A stretch of 64,000 nucleotides of DNA from Octopus sinensis (lineage: Eukaryota), in assembly GCF_006345805.1 (NCBI RefSeq), contig NC_043001.1:45074001-45138000 (forward strand), in the 5' to 3' direction. The position numbers and the translations under genes were made by a program. Below are positions 53,094 through 64,000 of the stretch, one piece after another. Position 1 is the first letter of the stretch; each line of letters opens with the position of its first letter. The notes beneath the pieces are model-generated. The model saw only the letters and a list, made by a program, of their open reading frames with translations, did not search any database and was not told where the DNA came from.

Positions 53094-53965
53094 CACAAGA
53101 GTGGACTGGAAAGTTCATTAGCTGATGATGAAAGAGTGATGCTAAAGCTGTGAAATCTTGCATGTATTCATTTCAACTCTTATTAATAACTGCACTCTTT
53201 CATTTCAGGTAAACTGACATCTGACTGTTCAAAGAAGACTTCAAAAGTAACTAGTAGTGACATCTTTTGAAAATGGGAAAAATTTGTGGCATTGTGGTGT
53301 TACCAAGCACCTGCAGAAAAACAGTTTAACCCCCAAGGACATTCATGCTGACATGCTTGCTACATTAGGGGATGATGCTCCAGCTTCATCAACAGCGCAA
53401 AAGTGGGCAGTTGAATTTAGGAGGGGAAGAGAGAGGCTTGAAGATGAGCCAAAGTCTGAATGTTCTGCAACTGCCACAATCAAGGAAAACATTGATTGTG
53501 TTCACCACATGCTGATAGATGACAGGCAATTTACTATAAATCAAACAGCCAATGCTATAAACATATGCCGTGAGCGAGATGAGAATATTCTGCAAAATGA
53601 ACTTGGCATGATGAAGGTTTCTGCTTGGTGGGTGCTATGTCTTGTGACACCTGACCAAAAGTGTACCAGGCAGATCATATCACAATAAAATCTAGCATTG
53701 TTTGAGGCAGATCCAGCTGGTCTCTTTGAACATTTCTTAACTCAGGATGAGTGTTGGCTCCATCAGCTTGATTTAGAGGCAAAGAGACTGTGGCTTTGAA
53801 CTGGTTGATTACCCACCTTATTCTCTTGATTTGGCCCCAACTGACTATCTTCTGTTTCCCAACATGAAAAAACACATGGCTGGGAACCAGTATCACAATG
53901 ATGATGACATCATATCTGCTATTGATGATTTTTTTTTACTAACAGGATGAAAGTGTCTTCATCAA
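53094..53965 (+). mobile_element. Internally deleted, 3'-truncated mariner transposon
   Basis: TA then a mariner-like left end (gagtggactggaaagttcat). HTH region in ORF 53257..53688 ending WVLCLVTPDQK (WVP motif). FLTQDECW (first catalytic D) is joined near 53788 to ELVDYPPYSLDLAPTDY (YSPDLAP motif), so the middle catalytic segment is missing. Confidence 0.88.
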
Positions 53966-55704
53966 ACACTGTGTGTATGCGTGTGTGTGTGAGAGAGAGA
54001 GAGATTTTCTGAACAATCATTTGTCATAGGGCACATGTATTAGACAACCACTATCCAATAAGATAACAGAACTTATATTAAGCAGATTTTACTCAAACAC
54101 ATCCATCTAACCTGATACTATGTAAACTTTCATAAGGAATAAATGAAACACTAAAATAAAGAATCATCATCATCATCGTTTAACGTCTGTAAATTCACAA
54201 AACATATTAATTTTGATTTAACACAGAAACACCTTTCAATTTCCTCTGAAGCACAATGTTGAACTCATCCTTTGAACACAGAATCTGGTGGTGTAATGAA
54301 AACTTACATGAAACACTTGAAAACACATAATAAATCTATTGTTATCTAGTTTCATATCATTTAAACATAGAGCATTATTTTGGATAATGCTGAAAGTCAC
54401 CTCATTATAATCTTCGATATACCCATTGTTTAATTGCTACATACAATAATTTCTGATTTAGGCACAAGCCAGCATTTCTGAAGGGCAGGAGTTAATCAAT
54501 ACCATTGACCCCAGCATTTGATTGGTACTTAATTTTATTGATCTTAGAGAGATGAAAAGCAAATTTGACCTTGGTGGGATTTATGTAAAGAATGTAAAGA
54601 GCTGCAAAAAAAATATCACAAAGCATTTTGTCTCATGCTCTACAGATGCTGCCATTCCATTCCACCAACCCGATGGTTGCATATAACATTTGATGATGTG
54701 TGGTCTAGTGGCTAGAATGTTGGGCTCAAGATCATTAGGCTATGGGTTCAATTCCCCAGAATGAAAGACACATTGTGTCCTTGAGCAAGATACTTCTTTG
54801 CCATTTCTCTAGTCTACTCAGATGAAAATGAGTACCAGCCTTGTGTTGATGCAACCCTCTGCCCCCCCCCCGCCACTACATCCCCAGCTGTCATACCCTT
54901 TATGTTCTGCTGGATCAATAGATGAGAGGGCTACGTAGGTGTCTATGTCTGCATGCAACTACATAAGCACCTAAAACAACTAGCATGGCATATACTAGCA
55001 AGTCATAATTGCTTGCAAGTAAGGGCTATGGTATCATACAACACATTACATATAACACATATAATATAAATATATAATAGTGGGACATTTTCTAAGTAAA
55101 TCTACAAATGAAATTGTTAAAATGTACAGGAAAAATGTGTTAATTAGGTTGTTTATGGGTAAAATAAATGAGGTACTATGAATGAATGTTAATTCACATT
55201 ATTTGAAAGATAATCACAAAGCTAATTATATGTAATAACAGCTAATGATTCAGCTCACAAAATGGACAACGGATGTTGATGATGATGATGATGTATGTTT
55301 TTAGTCAGATGATGGCTATCCACCTGGAAAGTTTCCGTCCAAGGTGCAGGTGTTATTTTTGTAATGAAAGATCAGCAGTTTTCTGTGCATGCAAATCTTC
55401 CCTCCCAAGGCTAATGATGATGTCCAAAGGAAAGGCAAAGGCCATGTAGCTTGGCACCATAACTGTCATTGCAGCACTGCTGCCAGAATGCAAAGAGTCA
55501 CAACAGATACATAAATACACACACACATGAATTTAATGAGTTACTTTCTAAATAACAATTCCATAATTTGCTTTTCGAGAGACAGAAGGGTGAATGAAAG
55601 AATGACAAGGATAGACAGTCATACAAGGATAGACTGAGGTTGCAATCATACAAAGGTTGTATATGCAATTTGTAAAAAATTACACATGTATTACAATGAA
55701 AACA

Positions 55705-55800
55705 TTATTATTATTCAAATCACTGCCTAGAATTGAACTTGGAATTTTGGGGTTAGTAGCCCACACTCTTAACCACTACGCCATATGCCTGTGGGCATAT
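55705..55800 (-). mobile_element. Short tRNA-like SINE head / tRNA pseudogene with (AAT)n tail
   Basis: A-box TGGCGTAGTGG and B-box GTTCAATTC. Acceptor stem does not close. Confidence 0.6.
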
Positions 55801-58800
55801 ATATTCTAAAATCCACTTATAAGCCATACTAACCAAATATTTTAAGTTTATTATAAATGCACTTAAATTGATTTCAAATCAACATTTCTGATTGTCAGAA
55901 TTTGCTTTGTTTAGTTAAGATAGTGTAAACATTTAATGCAATGAGCATCAAAAGAGCTAACTAGAAAAAATATGTAATTAAAAAAAAGACAATATTTGTG
56001 AATAACTAATATTATTTTAATCATTTTGCATAGTCCAGGGACAACTCTGGACACGTTTTGACCTTATTATGACTTCATCAGCAAAGCACAGACTTTAATG
56101 TACATGGCGAAGAGGTAATGAGAGAAACCACTAAGTAAATGTTAAGGAATGTACACTGGTTAGCATTGAAAAACAGAAATGGTCAGATTATGTATTATTC
56201 TACATAACAAAATTAAGATACAAATGACATATTTAATGCAAGGAATATCCAAAAGTTAATTAGTTTCATATTCAATGTTACTCAAAGAATATATAACTTT
56301 TAAAATTTGTGTATTCACTGAAATATATTTATAAAAAAACAGAAAAAAAATGTTGCCAAGAAGAAAAAAAGAAGCCATTTACTTTTTATATTGAAACCTT
56401 TGATGAATAAAATATATTTGTTTCAGAATGCTTATTTTCACAGTAGCATATATCTGCTTTATAGATAGGCAAGAAGTACCCTTGACTTGTAAACTGACAC
56501 CTAATTATTACAAGTAGATAGAACCAGGTCAGCTCTGATCAAGACCCCCAACCCACTTCCCTTCTTTTCCTAAGCACAGTGTACCTAAGACTATATTAGT
56601 TAATGCAATCATCTATTCTAAGAGTGTAATTGGAGGGAAATTTGGCTACTATTTCAAGTAAGTCAAAAGACTGCATTGTAGCTTCCACAACTTTTGAAAA
56701 CTTTTGTGACATGATAGGTAACTTTAACCCATACACAAACAGCTTAGACAGATAAAGAGTTACATTATTATCTATAAAGAGATTTTTGTGTAGCCAATTA
56801 CAAGATTAAGAAACTCAAGTATTTGACATATTAAAGACATTGCTCATTGCATTGATAAGATATTTGTTTATGCAAAGGTTTGTAGTTTTCCAAACTAAAT
56901 TTAGTGCAGTAAAGGAAGTGGGTGGTGGTTCTAAAACAACAAATGCATCCATTTTTCAAAAAACACACTCAAGGAGATAATCAAATTATATGGTTACTTG
57001 AACCGGATCAATGAAGTAAACAAGTCTCACTTAACATAGTCTCTACTAGTCTTTAAAATAGAAATTTCTACTTGTCTTATGCCTTAAAGTTAAGAACATG
57101 ATGTTTTTAAATCATTGACTCTCAATATTTTGTGGGTTGGTGCCCACTTTCACCAAATGGTGTTTTACAAATGCTCCTTTGCATACTCCTGAGGTATTAA
57201 GAAAAAAAATCTCTGAAAAATGCAATCGATTATTTTAATCAAACTTGCTAATTTTGCACAGTGGTTTATTATCCATTTTTCTTCGCTAATCAAAGCTTTG
57301 CATGTACCTCTTTTTAGATATTTGCATTAACAAATGCCCCTAAGTTAAACTTTTATGGAAATTACTAAAAAAGATGGAAACTTATATATAATAAAATTAC
57401 ATTGAACTTTGGCATATTATCAGTTATATTTCTGCTCACTGATAACACAATGTCCTATTCATATTCTTAATTAAAAAAAAAAAAATTTTTAATCTGTTTA
57501 AAACACAAATATTGAACCTGGTTTAAAATATTTTATTTCTAAGAAAAATCACAACCACCTTCCCTAGACACCCTACTGATATTCCATAGCACCTTCCATA
57601 GACACCCTACTGACATTCATTGGCCTTTTGTGAACTTAAGATACCCGAAGGGGTAACTATTCCCTGATCCATCAGATGTTTTAAGGGTTGATAACTAGCC
57701 TGGCTAGTCATATTCCTCTGGATAGGATTCCAATCTATCACTGGTAATATGATATGACGGTAACTATTTCTGAATAAGTAGGGTGGAAATCCCAATATTT
57801 TGTTCATTCTGTCCTTTTACCTCTACACTGTTGTGCATGCACACACACAACTTTTAACTGCTCCATGGTGTAGCACACACTGCTCATTTCATGACTGCCA
57901 TGTGTGCTTTCTTTAGAATACTAAATGAAAAAACATTACTTGCTCCTAAATGAAACTTCTATTTCTTGGAGGAAAGGAACAGTATGAATAACCCTACTTC
58001 ATCTCAATCACAACACACTCACAGTAGGATGTAGACAATTGTGTGTGTGTGTGGAGAGAGAGAGAGAGGGAAATCAACCCAAATACTTGTTCAGTAATGT
58101 ATTTAGAACCTTGGAACGATGAGCTCAGTAAGATATAAACTCAGAATGCAGAGATGGAAAATTTACTGTAAGACATTAGTAAGAAGCCCTAATGATTTAG
58201 CTAATCAACTGTATATAGAGGGAGAAAACTGAACAGAAAGCAGGGCAGTAGTAATGTTTTGGTTCCTGTGTTTTAAGGTCAAAGAGAATTATATAAAATA
58301 GTAGAGATTGTTCACTAAAGGATGTAGTTGTTAGATAATTTGTGATTAAATACAAGCAGAAGAACATGAATTAAAGTTCAAGAAATAATATTTGACATTT
58401 AATTGAAATACATCTATACAATAAGCTACATGGTATTATTGTAACTGTACATGGTTGTTTGATTAAGAATTTCACTACACAACAATATAGTTCCAGGTTT
58501 GATCTGACAGCATGGCACCTTGGGCAAGTGTTTTGTACAGTAGCATTGGGGTCCAAATTCTACTTAAAATACATTGTGAGTAGAATTTGATAGACAGAAA
58601 CTGTATAAAAGCCTGGTGTATGAGTAATGAATCATCCTTACTAGAGGTCACTATTTGATACAAGAAAAAATACAACTACTAAGTAGAGAAAAATACAACT
58701 GCTCCAACAAGAAAGATTCATAAGTCAATGAGAAAATGTCTGAGTCTTAACAAGTAAGTAAAAGAATCTCTACATGTTCACTTGAACTTGCAAGAAATAG

Positions 58801-60066
58801 CAGCCAAATCTTGCTTAAATCACATCCTTTCATCACTACTGACTCTTCTAATATTACCACCACCAATAAAAACACAGAAAGACATGAGCAAACAAGGATG
58901 CTTCAACTCAGTTCCTCAATCTGCATGAAACAGCAGCTGCATCACCCAAAAATTACACCCCAGCAATTTAAAATGGAGGTACATATTGGATAATGAAGTC
59001 ATATATGCACTATGTTTAGAAAAAAATTAATGTGGTCACAACTAGAATACCTTTGAAGGTATTGCTTGGTAGTGGTTGATAGGAGATAAAACAAGAGGCT
59101 TCAAAAATAAACTGATACAGATGACATATATGGCCCCACTGTCTAACTTTATGATGTAGTCACAGCCACATTTAACATATTAACTCTTTGTCTCTCACCA
59201 TCTATCCTGCAACAGAGGTTAACTATTCTCTGAATTATTTACTTCTTATATTTTCAAACTAACTTCATAAAGAAGACCCAACAGCCATCAGGAGACTTTC
59301 TCATGATAACTAAACATCTTCCCTTCTATCTAGTATCTTTTAGACAGCTGTAGACTATTACTGTAAAGACCTCACAACAGAAGCAATGCGGTGTACCCAT
59401 CAAAAGCCATGTAAAAAAAAGGAACAAATGAACCTAGAGTAACCTAAGGTCATACCACTGACCTTAGAGAGACAACCTCTCTAAGGACAGTGGTATGATA
59501 AAATGCAATCAGTTCACTGTAAAGTAGTTGATGACAGGATGGGCTTGCATCTGCAAAATCCACACACACACACACACAAAAGGAAGGAATGAATAGAAGC
59601 AATGCAAGAGAGAGGACTTTTTAGTCTTGTTGCAGAAAACCTCTCTAGTGCCAGTGACACAATAAAATACAATCAATTCATATTGTGAATTGGTTGGTGT
59701 GCAAGAGGGTGGACATCCAACAGCAAAAACCTTGTCCTCGAAAGGAAACTATGAACTCCATAGGCCCCAGTACAAGCAACCCATCTAGGAGAACATTAAA
59801 AAAATTGATGAACAATGGAGAGTACTCTATAGTGCTGGTGACATGATAAAATGCACTCAGATTATACTATAAGGTAGTTGGTAATAGGAGAAGCATCTAG
59901 CTACATAAAATATGACAAACAGCAAAGATAGCTGGGTTTTCACTGTTGTTGTATGTACCTGGTGAAGAAGGATGCAAAGAGTTGAGAGAAACTGTGGAGA
60001 CCTGTCTATCCGACTCATTCCAACCTGGAAAAACAAATATATAATGATGATGGTATATATACTCAC

Positions 60067-60167
60067 CAATCTCTTTTTTCTGTATTCTTCATCTTCTTCT
60101 TTCCGTCTCCTCTCTTTCTCGGCTGCTGTTGGACTCGGCTTGATGTCCGATGTTTGATGTTTATAAG
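60067..60167 (-). CDS. SORBS: SORBS/CAP-family adaptor, most 5' coding exon visible (phase 1 to 0): (A)YKHQTSDIKPSPTAAEKERRRKEEDEEYRKKRL
   Basis: Acceptor tttctacag|CT and donor TTG|GTGAGT. Charged helical peptide joins in frame to the next exon (KRL|EQLY). Overlaps ORF 59857..60201. Confidence 0.88.
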
Positions 60168-61758
60168 CTGTAGAAATTGTACAAAAGGAAATATTTTTCA
60201 AATGAACATTAAAATCATTAACAAATTACTATATATATATATATACACACACACTAAAACATCTATACCATACATATATGTTTCAGCACATATTATTCTT
60301 CCCCCACTCTCTGTATGTATATATGCATGTATGTGTGTGTATACACACACACAGATATATAATTGACAAGATATATAATGTCAGTTATAAATTAATTAGA
60401 CAAATCTTGTGTCTCATTCCAAGGATGGAACATTGTGAGTGAAAGGTATCAATTCCTTTGACCAAAAGAAAGAGCATGTATTGTTGAGTGAAACAGAATG
60501 GATCAAATAACAAAAATAGCTCTCTGGGCGCTTCTCACTACATCCAAGAACAGCTATGAATGAATAAAGTGGGCTTCATAAGTTATAATTTTGACTTTAC
60601 CCTGATATTTCTCTTTGCCTGGAAAGTTAATCTGTTCTTTCTTTTGACTAAAGCGGAGGGAGATTATATACTAGTATGTGTGTGCTAATAAATATTATAG
60701 ATATTAAGAGAGAATGAAGAAAAAAGATTTGCTTAAACATTAACTCAACACAACAGTACCACACTTACATACTGCAGAATATTATGAATCCCCATCTCAA
60801 AAGAGACATATCAACAAGCATATTATTATTATTATTATTATTAATATTACAATATATTTAATTTGAATTAAAACAATTTACATAAAGTAACAAACTTAAC
60901 ATTTGGGAATAAGTGATTAAATCGATCCAGTATATTATAACTGGTACTTTTGTTATCAACTTAATAAGGATGAAAGACAAACCAGATTTCAGCAAGATTT
61001 GAACTCAGAAAGTAATCTTAACAATGTACTACAAGATATTTTGGCTAGAACTATACTCGTTCTGCCACTCACCACCACCATAATAATGATTTCTGATATA
61101 GACATGCAGCCTACTGAATTTCAGAATTAGTTCAAGGTGCTGTTACATTGTACAAAGATATATGCATGAGCAGGCGTGAAAGCTAGGATTTGTAAAGGAG
61201 AAGAATATGAAAGTTTTGATGTTCATGCACATCTCAAGGACATTAAAAATACAAATCAATAAAATGAGGGATTTCACCAGGAATGAAACTGAGTTGCTGA
61301 CTTAGAAATGTATCATTATTCTATCCTACTATAGGGCACCTACAACAATGAGATGAGCATAGAGCTGTAAAATCTTTTTCTAAATCTAAAGAACCATGCA
61401 ACCCATGAAGGTATAGGAGACAGAATGAGAAGAAATAGAGATATATGTTTAAAAAGAGATATTACACAATCAATGTTAAGCATCATGCATAGCTTATAGA
61501 TTTTAATACAAAAGTATTTTTAGTCTTTTTCAAATGATCACTTGGCTTATTGAAACGTGGTTCAGGAGACCTGAAGAAGTGATATAAGCTTGTAGCATAG
61601 CACCAACTTCATGATGTCAAGTAAATAAACAGTAAAATCATTCCTTGGATAGAGCACCTGTCATTTGGCAATAATAAATCTAGAACTTATTTCTCAATGT
61701 TAAGTGGATTAAAATGTATAATCAAGGTGACCTAAATTGTGCACATTACATTGCATTA

Positions 61759-61858
61759 CACACACACACATACACATATACAGAGAGAGAGAGAGAGAGT
61801 GCGAGAGAGAGAGAGAGAGTGTGTGAGAGAGAGTGCGAGAGAGAGAGAGAGAGAGAGT
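61759..61858. repeat. Compound (CA)n/(GA)n microsatellite
   Basis: Visible directly. Similar simple repeats at ~7521-7565, ~47831-47910, ~53061-53088, ~36781-36830 and many others. Confidence 0.95.
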
Positions 61859-64000
61859 GCATGTCTGTTGGTGTGTAAGGCTATAGTTGTTTTGAACTCA
61901 AGACTCTAAGATCCAGTACTCTAGTACATTGTTGAATCAGTCAACACGTGTGTGTGGATATACATACATATATCATCATCATCATATATATATGCTCCAT
62001 ATAAAATACTCCAATGCTGTTATAAAGCACATAACATATACTCTGATAGGGGCTGCAATTGCCCTGAACACAGCCAAGAATTCCTTAGACTGATACACAC
62101 ATATACATACACATGCATACAGGGAAACAGAGAGAGACAAATAACAATGAAAAATACAAAGAAATATAAAAAGAGGGAGATAGAGAGAAATAAAGAGAGA
62201 CATTTTAACTAATCCCACCATAAATTAAGAATAATAATTTCTAAATTTGGCACAAGGTCATACAACATCAATAACAACAACAGTTATTATTATTAGCAGC
62301 AGCAGCATAATCACTGTTGCATTACCAAAGAATGGATCTTAGTAAATCTATGGGGAGTCATCTAGGCCCTACCTTCAACAACAGTTAAGTTGCAAAGGGT
62401 AAAAGTAAGTTTCTGATTCAATATTCATAAAAATGGTTATTTGTCCTACTTTTCATCTTTGTAACTGTTGCTGTGTTGCTCCTTTGTTTTTATTTACCTT
62501 CAGTGATATTTCTTTTGTTTTAGTTCCCAAACTATGTTCTACACATTAATGCTTTTGAAAAAAAAGCTATGTATGTCACAACTCTTTTGACTTAACTATC
62601 CACTTATCTCGGTCAAGTTGTATATTGATTATAAAATGGTTTTATGAGGACCAATGAAAGCAATGAAAGGTTGAGTTGATAGAGTAGTGGATAGTTCAGA
62701 TAAGAGAGTGGTGAAATATTGAATAAAATAGAACAGTGCATTGTTTGTGGCAAATGGTTTAATTGTTGGACTGGTGGGTAGGTGGATGTGGATGGTCATG
62801 TTGATAGAGTAGAAGATATTTAGGAGGTAGGCAACTGGTGCTGTGCCAATGGCCAAAAAAAAAAAAAGAAAGAAAAAACAAGTTAACTTTCAACAGTACA
62901 GTTCACTTAAAAGCAAATAGGTACTATGCAGTGGAATGGTACACTACCCTAAGTAGCAGTGTAAAGATAATTGACAAAGTTTCATTATCAAACAGTGAAG
63001 AGTTCACATCTTTTGTACATATGGGCAAATATGGGAGGTGTTGTTTGTGGGGGAAGTGGGGGAAGGGATTACACTGGTTTTAACAACAGATCAATAAAAC
63101 CAAACATGCATTGTTGGTAATTTCTGGTCATAAGATAAAAAATCAAGCAGATGGCGTGAAGAATTTTTTAAAGGAAGATGTTTGAAGATCAGAGTTAAGT
63201 AAAGGAGTAGAGCCAAATGAATTAATTTCAGTACAGAGATGCTAATTATTTTATTGACTCAATAAAAACAAAAGACAAAGTCAACTGCAGAAGGGTTTGA
63301 ACTTAGAACATAAAGGCATCTAATTAAATACTGGTTTCAAATTTTGGCACGAGGGCAGCAATTTTGAGGGAGGGGGTAATTTTATTACATCAACCCAGTT
63401 TTCAACTGGTACTTATTTAATGAACCCTAAAAAGGATGAAAGGCAAAGTTGACCTTAGTGGAATTTGAACCTAGAACCCAGAACATAAATGTCACGAAGC
63501 ATTTTGTCTTGTGTGCTAACAGTTCTGCCAGTTTACCACCTTATGTAATTAAATATTGCAAGGTATTTTGTCTTATGTGTTATTGTTTCTGATGGCAATT
63601 ATCATAAGAATCTGTTATACACCCACATTAAAAAAAACATTTTAAAATCATTTAATTTTTCAGTATTAGAAGTTTCTAATACCATTTGGAGAAGGCAGAA
63701 TTGATTAGATGAACTCCAGAACCTGACTGTTGTTCTATTGAACTTGCCAAGATTCGAACGCAGGAAAGAAAATGGATGCACCTAAGAAGTATTTTCTCTG
63801 CTGTTCTGCCTATTCTGCCATCTATACTAAACACACAAGATTCCTTAAAGTCTTTGCAGAAGTCTTCATGCACTTGACTTGTTAGAAATAACAGCCAAAT
63901 CTAATTTTAAAAAAGGAAGGTCACACTGGACAATATAGTTTTGGATACACAAAAAGATGAGATAATTATTGATAAAATCCTTGTTGATCATAATTTTAGT

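Noticed and set aside
55705-55800. Functional tRNA gene
   Set aside because: A and B boxes are present, but there is no closing acceptor stem, and it has an AAT-repeat tail typical of retroposed copies.
61545-61600. GAAAC...CTGAAGA as a permuted hammerhead
   Set aside because: Stem I cannot form without consuming the CUGA core.
733-63873. Most short ORFs in the supplied track as independent genes
   Set aside because: They fall in SINEs, microsatellites or AT-rich intron sequence, and similar peptides recur wherever the same SINE recurs (e.g. 3007..3195, 47326..47514, 13013..13297).

Overview
AT-rich, repeat-dense eukaryotic DNA. The SINE/LINE repertoire strongly suggests a coleoid cephalopod, most likely Octopus (inference, not a database result). 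The window holds the 3' part of one minus-strand gene of the SORBS/CAP/vinexin family (triple-SH3 adaptor). I can assemble 8 phase-compatible GT-AG coding exons from 60167 to 13546 (about 416 C-terminal residues, three SH3 domains) plus a probable terminal exon starting at 8104. That exon supplies the last two bases of the TGA stop and a repeat-free 3' UTR of about 2.6-3.2 kb. The 5' part of the gene lies beyond the right edge. Introns and the downstream flank are packed with several SINE families, RTE, RTEX and CR1/L2-like LINE remnants, a decayed Merlin (IS1595/ISXO2-like) transposon, mariner remnants, TTAA-type MITEs and microsatellites. The most unusual observations cluster at the gene's 3' end: a stop codon split by the last intron; two near-perfect long inverted repeats (103 and 111 bp arms), each upstream of one of the last two splice acceptors; a tandem duplication of the penultimate coding exon that was later hollowed out but kept its acceptor; and the possibility that back-splicing of the last two coding exons gives a 531-nt stop-free circle. 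All identities were counted or estimated by eye.
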